DNA of 55,112 nucleotides from a virus. Its lineage: Duplodnaviria > Caudoviricetes. The notes under the pieces are model-generated. The model was not told where the DNA came from and did not search any database. It was given only the letters and a program-made list of their open reading frames with translations. Positions 27,466-37,350 of the stretch are shown in pieces. The stretch covers positions 1-55,112 of IMG/VR virus record IMGVR_UViG_3300044940_000164; one strand, 5' to 3'. A program made the translations under genes and the position numbers. Every line of letters starts with the position of its first letter. Within the stretch, counting starts at the first letter, position 1.

Positions 27466-28463
27466 TATGACAACCTCGTCGCTAAGAAATCTAATTGACC
27501 GGACCTAAAGGCATTCCCTACAACTAGATAGGATGTGCCCGAAATAGTTATAACATTTTCGACTGTTTGTAGATTACCTGGAGCAAAATATATCCCGTCT
27601 AACACTCCGTAGGTCTGGTCCGCAGGAGAAGCTTGAACCAAAGTATAAGGAATCAGATTGAATTCATTCGCGAAATTTCGCGTTATACGTTGCGCAATGC
27701 TCTGGTAAGGGTACTGATCTGTATCATTTAAGTTCGTGGCGTTCTGGTTCAGATTAAATCCGGTAAACGCTTCGTATGGAAGAACGCCTACTTGACCGAC
27801 GCCCCCACCGCTGGCACGAAACCCGGTAACTGGAAGCCATTGGCCCATAGGATCCAAGAGAACAGCAGGGCTAGAATACGCCGTACCGGTTATAGTATTG
27901 ATGGCCCCCGCAGGGTAGAATCTGTGCGCATCCGTCGTGTCTGTCCAACTTAAAGGAATTGCCGCACCTACGGTTCCTGCCATAGCTCCTATAAACAGAG
28001 GATATGAGTAGTTAGATGGTAGACTATACGGTAGTAAAAATCCCGCATACGCCGATTCATAGATATTGGAAACCTTAACAGTGATTGTAAATCTGCGGCC
28101 ATTCGCCGTGAACCAGTATTGCATGGGTTGGTTTATAAGGAATAGCCGCTTGCCGTCGGGAGAGCTATTTACGTGTTGTCCGACCTGTTGCGCGGAAGGG
28201 ATGATACCGGTCGCTCCAAATAGATCTATACTGTACCTATCGTTAAGTGCGTCCTGATTCAATCTGAGCCCAACATAGATTTGCTCAGAAGCCGACAACC
28301 CTGGCCCCGCCAGAATAATATCAGTTAAATTAGGAGCGCCCACCGGGGCATTCCAGGCGACACTCCATACCTGGGAGCCAAGCAACCCAGAATTAGTAAG
28401 GAAGGCTATTAGGGCGTTATAGAGCGCGAGCGGGGTAGCGGCTGTTCCTGTTATCGAAGCCAT
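27465..28463 (-). CDS. Virion structural / minor tail protein
   Basis: YWFxANGRR...Y.GFLLPY..P..Y.YPLFIG motif; follows the tape measure. Confidence 0.8.
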   Translation of the reverse strand: MASITGTAATPLALYNALIAFLTNSGLLGSQVWSVAWNAPVGAPNLTDIILAGPGLSASEQIYVGLRLNQDALNDRYSIDLFGATGIIPSAQQVGQHVNSSPDGKRLFLINQPMQYWFTANGRRFTITVKVSNIYESAYAGFLLPYSLPSNYSYPLFIGAMAGTVGAAIPLSWTDTTDAHRFYPAGAINTITGTAYSSPAVLLDPMGQWLPVTGFRASGGGVGQVGVLPYEAFTGFNLNQNATNLNDTDQYPYQSIAQRITRNFANEFNLIPYTLVQASPADQTYGVLDGIYFAPGNLQTVENVITISGTSYLVVGNAFRSGQLDFLATRLS

Positions 28464-28465
28464 AG

Positions 28466-31400
28466 TTAAACCCCCAACACGTTGCGAACGGCCGCTTTAT
28501 TAGCCCGTATGTAGTTCATCACGGATTTCTGCCCTTCTACACTATTTAGCCCCTCTGAAATAAACGATCCCGAGTCAATAGTGTTTACCACTTTTATGTT
28601 TTGCATTGCTGGACTTCCTCCACTGTTGAGAACGTTTCTCGGGTCTTTACGGGAAAGCACCTCTTCCCCTGTTTGAAGTATAGCAGGAACTTCATCTTTT
28701 TTCAAGCCTGGAAGACCCCCCCTGTGATATCTTTTCGCCCCAAGAAACACGCTAGGCGATACGGACACAGATTTTCCGCCTTGCCCCACCGTGCCGCCTT
28801 CGTGGAAAAGGCCGGCTATGATGTCGAACAGCCCGCCACCGGATTTCCCGCTTTTTGAGAAAAGTCCACTTAGCGCTGACGCTATTCCCCCTGATACCCC
28901 GCCAGCGGGGTTTATGCCCCCGGAGGCATTTAACCCGCCAAAGAGCTGCTGGAAAGCCGCGTTAGCCACTAAATTAGAGATTTGGGCTAACGCGTTGCTG
29001 GCAAAAGATCTTAAGGTGTCCCCTAACGCCGATATCACGCCTTGACCCTCTTTTATTTTATCAAAGAAGGAGGTGAAGCTATCGGTCGCGTTTTGGGTAA
29101 ATATTTGATTTATTTGCTCGCCGGAGAATGCATTGAAACTCTGTTGGAGAGACTCTAACTGAGCTTGCAGTCTAGTTATCGCGGATTCTCGTTCAACGGG
29201 GTCGGCGATTGCTTGTGCGAATTTTATTGCTTCTTGAATATTCGCTTGAAGTTGCGCTCGAATTCCTTGTTGAGCTACATCTAATTTTTCGGCAGCGGCT
29301 ACAGAAGCGCCGTCGCCTCTTTGACGAAGAGTTTGGATGCGTTGTTCGTTAGAATCAAATATCTGCTGTAACGCATTTAGACGTTTTTGAGATTTCTCTA
29401 GCTCTAATGTCGGGTTCAATAAATCGAATTTTGCTGCCGCTTGCCTTTCTATGATAGCTAGTTGGGCTGAGCTGATTGTCAGACCTTGTCTTTCGGCGTT
29501 ATTGACGGCTTGCTGTTTCGCTTCCGCGACGGTACGAGCGCGTTCATCTTGGATCGCAAGAGTCTGCAACTCCGCGGCTCGCTCTCGTTCCTGTTGGATG
29601 AGATCTTCGTTGAATTTCTTCTGTTTCTCGGCTTGCTTCTCTTCTTCCGTTTGCTTCGGGGCGCTAGGAGCCCGCGCTGGTCTAGTAGACCTAGAAGGAC
29701 GGGTGCCCGCCCGCACGTCGAATTGTAGACCAGCGATCTTCGCAGCGTTGTCGCGAATGCTTTGTAATTGTTCTATGTCCGTTATGCCATCCTGCGTGGC
29801 CTTATTTAGCGCTAATTGAGTCGCGAGTTCGATAGCCCTTTGACGGTTGTTTTCGATCAAAAGTACATTTTTCTCAATCTCAAGTTCTTCTAACGTCTTG
29901 TTTTGGTCCGCTATTGTTTTTGTTGCGGCGTTTGTTTCATCTAACGCCGCATTAATACCGTCTATAGATTGTAGAATACTTTCATACGAACTCTGTTGCC
30001 CCGGGAGAACATTTCCTTGCTCGTCTAATAGACTTAAACGAAGTTCTTCCGCTTTAGCTAGATCGTTCTGTAGTTCACTAACCTTCAATGAATCCGCTGC
30101 ATATTTCTCTTGAAGACCTACAAGTTCCTTTTGAGCCGCCAAGATTGGGTCGAGTCCACCCCCGCCTATATTTACACCACTCGCTATTCTTTGTATCGCC
30201 GCAGCGGCTTTATCTGCTATCGGTGAAAAACTGTCTAAAACATCGGTCCAACTCTGTAGCTGGGATCTGTTCTCCTCTACTTTCCCGCCTAATGAGTCGA
30301 ACTCCCGGAACAACTGACCGAGCGCTTGGACATATTCATCATTTTTCCCCTTGGCGGCTATCTGAGTTGAAAGGTAATTACTAAGGGCCACTTTCGTGTC
30401 AACAAAAGATTTTTCTCCTCTAGAATAAGCCGCGATGAGATCACTGACAGCGTTCCCTTGATTATCAAAAGAACGAGTTACCGGTTCATTGAGAATAATG
30501 AACTCTTCTAATTGGAATTGGGTGTCTTCTACCGCCTGTCTGTATTTTTCGTATTCTCCCTGCGCTTGAGCTAGATCGACGCTATCCGAGATCTCTTTTT
30601 GAAAGTTGACTATGTCGCCGCCGCTTTTCACCGCCGCATCAGCTACTTTTTGTAAAGCGAAAGACGTATCTAACGCCGACACTGTCGCCCCATCTAATCC
30701 CTCGGATAACCCAAAAAATATATCAAAAATACTTGTGTCGAATACAAAATTGGAAATTAATTCTATCGCGCCGATAAATAGCCCGACAGGACCGAGAGCA
30801 GCGAAGGCGGCTCTACCAAGCGCAAGAAGAGTTGTACCAAGCGATTTCAATGAAGCTACCGCACCACCTTTGGCCACAGCCCCCAGACTCGTTAAACTAG
30901 CGACAATACCAGCAAAACTTAATGAGCGTAAAGCCGCGCCGGTGGCCACTAGGCTCGGGACTAACGAACCGACAACCGCCGCGGCGACTGCTCTAGTTTG
31001 TGTCGCAAAAGCTAAGGCCGCAGCGTTAGTGGCGGCATAAGTCACCGCGGTTTTTTGTAACTGCACTACGATCCCGGCCAAGAAAGAGACGACTTTCACC
31101 GCTAAGAAAGTGCGGAAAGCAGTGGCTAAGAGGTCTATATTCTCAGCCAAAAATCGCGCAGCTCCCACCAAGTTTGTCAATCCATTCCCTATAGAACGAA
31201 AAAACTCCTCCCCTTTTCGGGAATCCAAAAATTGATTCAGATCCCTTAAAGCGGCGGTGAACGCGTCGATAAACCCAGCTTGACCTATTCGTTGTCGAGC
31301 GATCGTAATTATATTAGAGAAAGTAGATAATTGGGTAGTCGTGCTCTCTAGAGATTTCTCTAATTGCCCGCCGAACTGTTTTCTGACCGATGCGGCTAGA

Positions 31401-33463
31401 CTTTTCAGTGCTTCTTCTGTGGGTTTTAATTGACCTGTTTGCAGTTTATCAAAAAATTCCGGGATGTTCCCGCCAGTCAAAGCGTCAGCGAACAAACCGA
31501 CGGCGCCGGGTAGTCTATCCCCTAACTGCCGAACAACTTCCTCGGATTGGATTCTCTGTTTAGATATTATCTGCGTGAGGGCTAAGAACGTGCCCGACAG
31601 TTGTTCGTTGGATAGTTTACTGACCCGCCCCGCTTCCGCAATCGAAATAAACAGATCTCTGGCGGTCTCAAGAGAAGTGTTGGATTGCACCGCAGCGATT
31701 GCGAATTTACCATATTCTTCAGATAGAGTGCCGAATTCTACGCCTAGTCTTTTTGCCTGTGCCTGTATAATCCTTAATTCTTTATCTACCGCAAATTGAT
31801 CCCCATTAAAGACCACCCCTAACCTATTTTGGGCGACTTCTAATTGTTGGAAAGCTTGGATAACTTGTTGCGCCTGATTAAATATGGCGAAGAAAGACAG
31901 AAAGGAAGCGGCAGTAGCGGTAACATTGCCTCGCAGAGATCTGAAGACCGTTCCCAATGGAGCCGTATTGCTGTTTAATTGAAAAAGCGCTGCGGCCGCG
32001 CCGGTCGCTGCCCCTGCAAAAGTTCTTAAGGAAATCGTGGTAGGTCGGATACTATTTGCTAAGGAAACAAAACCGCGCTGAGCTAGCTGAAGCGCAGTAG
32101 CTGTTTGACGCGTCACGTTATCCGCTGTTTTCAATTCCTTGATAACTGCTTGGACCGAAGGCCGAAGTCCGTTAAGCTGTCCCCTTTGCTGTCCGACACT
32201 TACGTTTAGCTGTTGGTTGGCAGCTACTAGCTCCAAAATCCGAGCCTTTGCTTCTCTAGAACCAACACCCCCTTCACGAAGCGCCGCCCCAAGCTGACGG
32301 ATCTCAGCGTTATTTGAAGCTATCTGCTGTTCCGATTTCTGAATGGCGGCAGCAAGTTCTTTGAACGGGGCAGTGCGAATTTGTAATATTTCCAAACGCA
32401 AACGAGCCAGTTCCTGAGCCGATCCGGAAAGCGATTTCGTTTGTTGTTCTGTGGGGGTTTTAGTTCGGGCGATCTGCCGGGCCAATTCCGCGGCAGCTTT
32501 ACTCGTTTCTTGGTATTCTTGAGTGAGTTTAGATAACCTTTCCCCACTATCTACAGGAGCGTTAGTTTGTGCCCGCGGTCTGTTTGCCAGGGTCTGACGA
32601 AGTTTTTCCCCAGTGGCTATAGAGCGTCTTTGAGCCGCCTCAATATCCGCCAGTGTAGTAATCTCCGTTCGCAAAGAAGCATTAGTGCGAGAGATTTCTG
32701 CTTGCAATTTTTGTTTTTCAGTTTTAAGTCGGACTACCTCATCGACTTGCTTGTTGATGGTGTCTCTAGCTCGGCCCGATTGCTTAGCAAATCGTTCCTG
32801 GTCCGCTTGCAATCTTTTTATTTCAGCACTAAGTTCTTTTTGCCTTGCGATAAGAGCTTTAGCCGCAGCTTCTCCCTGCGCTAATTCGTCACTCAAAAGT
32901 GCTTTCGCTCTTCCCAAACTTTCTGTTCTTGTACTTTGAGCGGCAACCTTTTGTGGGGAAGGACGATTTTGCGGACGAACCGCGTTTTGAGCTCGAGTGA
33001 GTCTCCCCAATTTAGTTTGTGAGGCCTGAGCCGCAGCGCCAACTTCTTTTAATCTGTTCTTCGCTATTTCATTTTCTTTATTTTGCTTACCGAGAGCCGA
33101 GGAAACTTTCCCTAATTCGTTTTCGTATTTGCCAAGATCACGATTGATGTTCTTAAGAGATCCTTCGTATAACTTCGAGCTGTCTTTAGCACTTTTCAAT
33201 TCTGCGCTTACAGATGCGAGAGCTGCTTCTACCCTTTCAAGATCCGACACAAAAGTTTTTACGCCTTGGAGTTTCGCCAAGTCGGCGGCTACTTTCCCTA
33301 TCTCGTTTCCAAAAGCCGCTAGTAGCCCTCCGGATTTTTCGCTAGCGGACCCAGCTTCTTTTTGCGCTTCGGTAAAAGTGTCGATTGCTTTTTGAATGTC
33401 GCTCAGTTGTTTGGACGCTTGGTCCTTAGCTCGTATCCGTAGCTCTACATCTTTAGTCGCCAT
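28466..33463 (-). CDS. Tail tape measure protein
   Basis: 1665 aa Ala/Gln/Leu-rich helical protein; QLGDRLPGA tape-measure motif; C-terminal FHEGG/YHxGG/EVPAILQxGEEVL. Confidence 0.95.
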   Translation of the reverse strand: MATKDVELRIRAKDQASKQLSDIQKAIDTFTEAQKEAGSASEKSGGLLAAFGNEIGKVAADLAKLQGVKTFVSDLERVEAALASVSAELKSAKDSSKLYEGSLKNINRDLGKYENELGKVSSALGKQNKENEIAKNRLKEVGAAAQASQTKLGRLTRAQNAVRPQNRPSPQKVAAQSTRTESLGRAKALLSDELAQGEAAAKALIARQKELSAEIKRLQADQERFAKQSGRARDTINKQVDEVVRLKTEKQKLQAEISRTNASLRTEITTLADIEAAQRRSIATGEKLRQTLANRPRAQTNAPVDSGERLSKLTQEYQETSKAAAELARQIARTKTPTEQQTKSLSGSAQELARLRLEILQIRTAPFKELAAAIQKSEQQIASNNAEIRQLGAALREGGVGSREAKARILELVAANQQLNVSVGQQRGQLNGLRPSVQAVIKELKTADNVTRQTATALQLAQRGFVSLANSIRPTTISLRTFAGAATGAAAALFQLNSNTAPLGTVFRSLRGNVTATAASFLSFFAIFNQAQQVIQAFQQLEVAQNRLGVVFNGDQFAVDKELRIIQAQAKRLGVEFGTLSEEYGKFAIAAVQSNTSLETARDLFISIAEAGRVSKLSNEQLSGTFLALTQIISKQRIQSEEVVRQLGDRLPGAVGLFADALTGGNIPEFFDKLQTGQLKPTEEALKSLAASVRKQFGGQLEKSLESTTTQLSTFSNIITIARQRIGQAGFIDAFTAALRDLNQFLDSRKGEEFFRSIGNGLTNLVGAARFLAENIDLLATAFRTFLAVKVVSFLAGIVVQLQKTAVTYAATNAAALAFATQTRAVAAAVVGSLVPSLVATGAALRSLSFAGIVASLTSLGAVAKGGAVASLKSLGTTLLALGRAAFAALGPVGLFIGAIELISNFVFDTSIFDIFFGLSEGLDGATVSALDTSFALQKVADAAVKSGGDIVNFQKEISDSVDLAQAQGEYEKYRQAVEDTQFQLEEFIILNEPVTRSFDNQGNAVSDLIAAYSRGEKSFVDTKVALSNYLSTQIAAKGKNDEYVQALGQLFREFDSLGGKVEENRSQLQSWTDVLDSFSPIADKAAAAIQRIASGVNIGGGGLDPILAAQKELVGLQEKYAADSLKVSELQNDLAKAEELRLSLLDEQGNVLPGQQSSYESILQSIDGINAALDETNAATKTIADQNKTLEELEIEKNVLLIENNRQRAIELATQLALNKATQDGITDIEQLQSIRDNAAKIAGLQFDVRAGTRPSRSTRPARAPSAPKQTEEEKQAEKQKKFNEDLIQQERERAAELQTLAIQDERARTVAEAKQQAVNNAERQGLTISSAQLAIIERQAAAKFDLLNPTLELEKSQKRLNALQQIFDSNEQRIQTLRQRGDGASVAAAEKLDVAQQGIRAQLQANIQEAIKFAQAIADPVERESAITRLQAQLESLQQSFNAFSGEQINQIFTQNATDSFTSFFDKIKEGQGVISALGDTLRSFASNALAQISNLVANAAFQQLFGGLNASGGINPAGGVSGGIASALSGLFSKSGKSGGGLFDIIAGLFHEGGTVGQGGKSVSVSPSVFLGAKRYHRGGLPGLKKDEVPAILQTGEEVLSRKDPRNVLNSGGSPAMQNIKVVNTIDSGSFISEGLNSVEGQKSVMNYIRANKAAVRNVLGV

Positions 33464-33767
33464 CTACCATCTCCTTGATAGTTTTTTGGAAGGATTTGCT
33501 TGCTTTCTTGTCTAGTATAGCAGCAACCGCTCCTTGTAGCAATAAAGTTTGTGAGACCATCTCGTTATTTATCAATTTACTGAGAATCGATGTCTCGTCG
33601 TATACTACCCCTACTGGGTAGCTCCACGCTTCGCTGTGGTTGTTTTTTTCGAGGAGGGCGACTTGTGTGCGGAGTTCCCAGATCCAATCGTGGATGGTTG
33701 CGGGTGGTTGGCCCCTTTTACCGCCGCCCCTACCACCTCGGCCGCGACGGTTGCGAATTCCTTTAAT
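33453..33767 (-). CDS. gpT-like -1 frame extension of the tail assembly chaperone
   Basis: Open -1 frame without a suitable start: ...HDWIWELRTQVALLEKNNHSEAWSYPVGVVYDE...KTIKEMVDGD*; overlaps the tape measure start. Confidence 0.8.
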   Translation of the reverse strand: MKGIRNRRGRGGRGGGKRGQPPATIHDWIWELRTQVALLEKNNHSEAWSYPVGVVYDETSILSKLINNEMVSQTLLLQGAVAAILDKKASKSFQKTIKEMVDGD

Positions 33768-34117
33768 TCATTCTCCGACCGGAATGTTTGCTTACCGCAG
33801 AGATGAAGGATCTTCATCTGATCTGTCGCTGGGATCAACTGTACGCCTTGGATACTCTCTTCTACGAGATCCAACCCTAAAGCCAGGCAGAGGGTGTCGT
33901 TCAGAAAGGAAGGTACCGCTCTAACTATAGAGAACATCGCTGAGAGATCATCTTTACGGTCTAAGCTCATGTATAGCTCGGACATAACGCTGGCGTGCAA
34001 TGCAAGCAGTGTGGTCAAATCCGATAGGCTTAAGCCTTTTACCAAAAGCTCGATCGGCCCATTGTCAGTTTCGATGATAATTTTCTTTTTAAGACTTTGT
34101 AGTGCTTGTAAATTCAT
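33611..34117 (-). CDS. Tail assembly chaperone (gpG-like)
   Basis: VKGLSLSDL..L motif; pre-tape-measure position. Confidence 0.85.
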   Translation of the reverse strand: MNLQALQSLKKKIIIETDNGPIELLVKGLSLSDLTTLLALHASVMSELYMSLDRKDDLSAMFSIVRAVPSFLNDTLCLALGLDLVEESIQGVQLIPATDQMKILHLCGKQTFRSENELKEFATVAAEVVGAAVKGANHPQPSTIGSGNSAHKSPSSKKTTTAKRGATQ

Positions 34118-34118
34118 A

Positions 34119-34601
34119 TTAGATCCCTTTGATATTGTTGTGTAGTATTTGATCGATTAACGATAGGTACTTTGTGGTTCTCATCCTAAACGCCTGTAAC
34201 CACTCTTCATAGGCGTGGTTCCATATTGGATCGTTATCTGGCCAGTGTATCTTCGAACTCTTCTTATCGTGAAGATTATATTCTGTGACGGAAAGCGAAT
34301 CAAAAAGTTTCAAATACAGGGACAAATCCCCTTTCACTAACACGTCTATTCCACCTTTCTTAAAGACTGCTACCGACTCGAATGAAAACTGAGGTAAGAA
34401 TTCTTCCCTTTCATAATCTATTATTTCAGTGAATCCTAGATCATGAAGTTCTTCAAATATCCCCTCACGGAGTTGAACCGCGAAATCCCAATCCGTTTCT
34501 TGAGATAGGTTAAAATAGTCTGGATATTTTTCCGCCATGAAACGCGATCCGGTAAGATGAAATCTTGGGTCGTCTGTAAGCTTTTTTATCGTTTCTTGCA
34601 T
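34119..34601 (-). CDS. Minimal Pol-beta-like nucleotidyltransferase domain protein
   Basis: hLTGSR...DWDF plus a candidate third Asp in IDVLV; GGGGGAG RBS favours ATG 34601. Confidence 0.65.
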   Translation of the reverse strand: MQETIKKLTDDPRFHLTGSRFMAEKYPDYFNLSQETDWDFAVQLREGIFEELHDLGFTEIIDYEREEFLPQFSFESVAVFKKGGIDVLVKGDLSLYLKLFDSLSVTEYNLHDKKSSKIHWPDNDPIWNHAYEEWLQAFRMRTTKYLSLIDQILHNNIKGI

Positions 34602-34623
34602 AATTTCTCCCCCGAGTCTTTTG

Positions 34624-34652
34624 ACTATACATAAAAAAAAACCCGCTGTCAA
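34624..34652 (-). promoter_or_regulatory. Sigma70 promoter embedded in a terminator
   Basis: TTGACA-N17-TATAGT. Confidence 0.75.
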
Positions 34653-34660
34653 GCGGGTTT
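34633..34660 (-). terminator. Intrinsic terminator after the major tail gene
   Basis: AAACCCGC-TTGACA-GCGGG followed by T9. Confidence 0.85.
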
Positions 34661-34667
34661 CTGTTAG

Positions 34668-35483
34668 TTAAGCGATGACGGGTTCTCCGTCTATGTAAAT
34701 GGCCACGTTGTTTACGGGGTCTGGGAGGATCTCGAAGTTCAAACCGATCTGTGCCCAATCGTCACCAGAGATAAAGCCTAAGTCACCTTCAGGTCGGATG
34801 TTTACATTCGGCATAAACACTTCGCGCTGTGGGCCTTCTGCATTTTCTGCGATGAATTTCACTGCTACACGGATAGGAGTGTTGCCTGAGATTACACGTT
34901 GGAAGGACGCAGCTACCGTATCGTAAGTTACGAGTAAATCATCGCCTTCGTTGATCGCTCCGTCGGTCAAAAACGAAATCATTCCGCGCTGTGCATTCAC
35001 CACATAATCTTCATCAACTACATATGTTGTACCTACGGGGTTAGAAGTTACCACTACAGAGGTTGCGTCGATAGCTTTGACGCCAGTCGGATTCTGAGCC
35101 GTTACACCTAATTGGTAGTAAAAACCTAATTGAACTGAATCAATAGGGTCTGCGGTTTCAGTAGCAGGAGTTGTAACGATAGTTTGAATTGAACCAAAGA
35201 GGTAGCGAGCTAAGTTTTGGTTCTTAATGTCGTCGCAGACAACTGTTGACGTACGGTTTGTACGCAATGTAATAGACGCATCTTTTTCACTTACACCGCG
35301 TGTCGATTTGAAGTGCTCTAAGTCTTCTGTTTCCACTGTTAAGTTAAACTCGGGACAGTTACCTAAGAATTCAAAAGGCGCGTTTTTAGGCAAGCGACGA
35401 GCGCTGTTTAAGGTCGCTACCATTATCTGGCCTCGACCAAGTGTTAAGCCGCCATTAAAATCATTTACAATCGATTGAGCCAT
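34668..35483 (-). CDS. Major tail tube protein
   Basis: LGRG...FLGNCPEFNL...LEHF.S..G...KD motif of Chi-like tail tubes. Confidence 0.9.
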   Translation of the reverse strand: MAQSIVNDFNGGLTLGRGQIMVATLNSARRLPKNAPFEFLGNCPEFNLTVETEDLEHFKSTRGVSEKDASITLRTNRTSTVVCDDIKNQNLARYLFGSIQTIVTTPATETADPIDSVQLGFYYQLGVTAQNPTGVKAIDATSVVVTSNPVGTTYVVDEDYVVNAQRGMISFLTDGAINEGDDLLVTYDTVAASFQRVISGNTPIRVAVKFIAENAEGPQREVFMPNVNIRPEGDLGFISGDDWAQIGLNFEILPDPVNNVAIYIDGEPVIA

Positions 35484-35510
35484 GTTTTTCTCCGTTATGT
35501 TTTGTTTATT

Positions 35511-36041
35511 TTAATCTATGTTGACCCACTGGTCAACATAATTCTGCACTAGGTCGAAATCTACTATCAACCAACCGAAGCTATACTGAGAATATTCGTC
35601 CGGAGGACGGACGGAATCTAGCGTGACTTTGAAATCCACTATTGCGTTTCCAGATCCGAAATAGTTTTTCGAATCATGTGGAAACTTCTTTGGTCTAGTC
35701 TTTTCCTCAAATAATCGTTTTAAGACTTCAGCCATGAGTATGTACGCGGGTTCTGATTCTCTAAAGCTGCCCTTATCGTCAAAAGTAAAACACTGAAAGA
35801 TGAGTCTCCAAGGAGCGTAATTGCGCGGCCCACGTTCTTCCCTCGCATAAAAGTTAGGAGGAAGCGCTGGCTCCGTAATCGTCACGACAGGCAGGGGCTC
35901 GGTCTTTCCGATATAAGGACGCCCGACTATCACTGAAGAATCCAAAGATAGATCATTCGTGTAGCCATTAGCAGGAGTTAGCCCTTGCAAATGGGTTTTT
36001 ATATTGCGCAAAATGTGTACTTTAAGTGGTATTTGCGGCAT
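35511..36041 (-). CDS. Tail terminator protein (gpU-like position)
   Basis: TPANGY..DL...GR and VRPPDE motifs; synteny. Confidence 0.75.
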   Translation of the reverse strand: MPQIPLKVHILRNIKTHLQGLTPANGYTNDLSLDSSVIVGRPYIGKTEPLPVVTITEPALPPNFYAREERGPRNYAPWRLIFQCFTFDDKGSFRESEPAYILMAEVLKRLFEEKTRPKKFPHDSKNYFGSGNAIVDFKVTLDSVRPPDEYSQYSFGWLIVDFDLVQNYVDQWVNID

Positions 36042-36051
36042 ATAATATATC

Positions 36052-36654
36052 CTACAATTTTAGCAGTCTTTCGAATTCTCTTTGCAGATAGTTCGCCGTA
36101 GCGGGACTCACTTTTTGTGCGACCCCTTCTTCGCCCCCGAACACCTGGTTCACCGATGGCCCGTAAAGAAGCCACAAATTGTCAGCAATTCTTTTCGGCT
36201 TGTACGCCGTTGGTGGCGTCACACCTTTTCTAGTTCGAACAGCTAATCCCTGATTAGATTTAGTATCCAAATCCGCGCTACCAGAACGCAGTTTAAGTAA
36301 AAAAGCGTTCGGTATTAATTTAGACCCTCCGGGTTTTACCGCTACTCTAACCCCTTTCTTATTTACCGCGGTGGCGAATCTGGCCAGTGACGTCGGGCGG
36401 GCCTTACTCGTAATTACCGCCTCCAGATCTTTCTGTTTAGCTTTTTTGGATACTTTCAACCGTTTAGAATCTTTCGCTCGAACATAGTTATCCGGCAAAT
36501 TAATTTGAGCTAATATTTCTCTAGCGGCTTGAGCCCTAGCGCGATCGGCGGTGCGATTTATGGCTTGCGTTGCCGCAAGTGATATCTTAGTGGACGCCTT
36601 GTCCAGATCTTTTAGATTTGATAATCCATTTATTTCAAATTTTATTCTAGCCAT
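36052..36654 (-). CDS. Neck / tail completion protein (gpZ-like)
   Basis: Basic; AINRTA, RPTSLARF, LYGPSVNQVF. Confidence 0.85.
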   Translation of the reverse strand: MARIKFEINGLSNLKDLDKASTKISLAATQAINRTADRARAQAAREILAQINLPDNYVRAKDSKRLKVSKKAKQKDLEAVITSKARPTSLARFATAVNKKGVRVAVKPGGSKLIPNAFLLKLRSGSADLDTKSNQGLAVRTRKGVTPPTAYKPKRIADNLWLLYGPSVNQVFGGEEGVAQKVSPATANYLQREFERLLKL

Positions 36655-37024
36655 TTGGGTATGGGTAGTCCCCCTCCTTTTGAGGCGGAACTGCCGCCCC
36701 CAGAACTTTGTAAGTGAACTTATCTTGAACTTCTTCTGCGTCTAAAACGTATGTTTTTTGCCAAGGTGTAGTAATTATATCGCCGTAATTTATTTGCGGT
36801 GTCAATTCCCGCCAGAAAACAAACTCCAACTCTGCGTAATCAGAGATCTGGATATAATTCAAATTAGTCCCCAACTGATCCCCTAGATACCCCATCTTAT
36901 AAAATGCTCGAGCCTTAGTCTCTATCGGAGATCCACCGGCTTTTGGATATATAATGACGGGGTAACTGTGGGTGGAATGAACCTCTTCTCTCATCCCCTT
37001 CATGAGTTCAAATTTAGAATTCAC
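36647..37024 (-). CDS. Head-tail joining protein (gpFII-like position)
   Basis: 125 aa; synteny. Confidence 0.65.
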   Translation of the reverse strand: MNSKFELMKGMREEVHSTHSYPVIIYPKAGGSPIETKARAFYKMGYLGDQLGTNLNYIQISDYAELEFVFWRELTPQINYGDIITTPWQKTYVLDAEEVQDKFTYKVLGAAVPPQKEGDYPYPNG

Positions 37025-37301
37025 CTTCTTTGGCCTCTGTATCTGTTAAGCTCCCTTCAGTGGTTACTGTAAGTTCTTCGTCTTTAACTTTTGAGGCCTT
37101 TACACTTTTAGTCTTTTCAACTGGAGCTTTAGGACCCTCTTCGTCAACGTACTTGACAAGCTTTTGCTTCAACATAAGTTTTAAGTTTCCCTCGCTAATC
37201 TTATCCGCCGAAAAGTGATCGTTACGCATTAATACCGTAGCTTTTATATCCCCAATCGCCGTGAATTTTAACGAAGACGCTAACACTTCTATCTTTTTCA
37301 T
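37014..37301 (-). CDS. Hypothetical protein following the capsid gene
   Basis: 95 aa, AAGGAG RBS. Confidence 0.7.
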   Translation of the reverse strand: MKKIEVLASSLKFTAIGDIKATVLMRNDHFSADKISEGNLKLMLKQKLVKYVDEEGPKAPVEKTKSVKASKVKDEELTVTTEGSLTDTEAKEGEF

Positions 37302-37320
37302 CTCATTTCTCCTTGTATGA

Positions 37321-37349
37321 AAATTTAGGGGCCTTTCAGCCCCTTTTTA
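37321..37349 (-). terminator. Hairpin terminator after the major capsid gene
   Basis: AGGGGC-TGAAAG-GCCCCT stem-loop just after the stop. Confidence 0.7.
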
Positions 37350-37350
37350 G

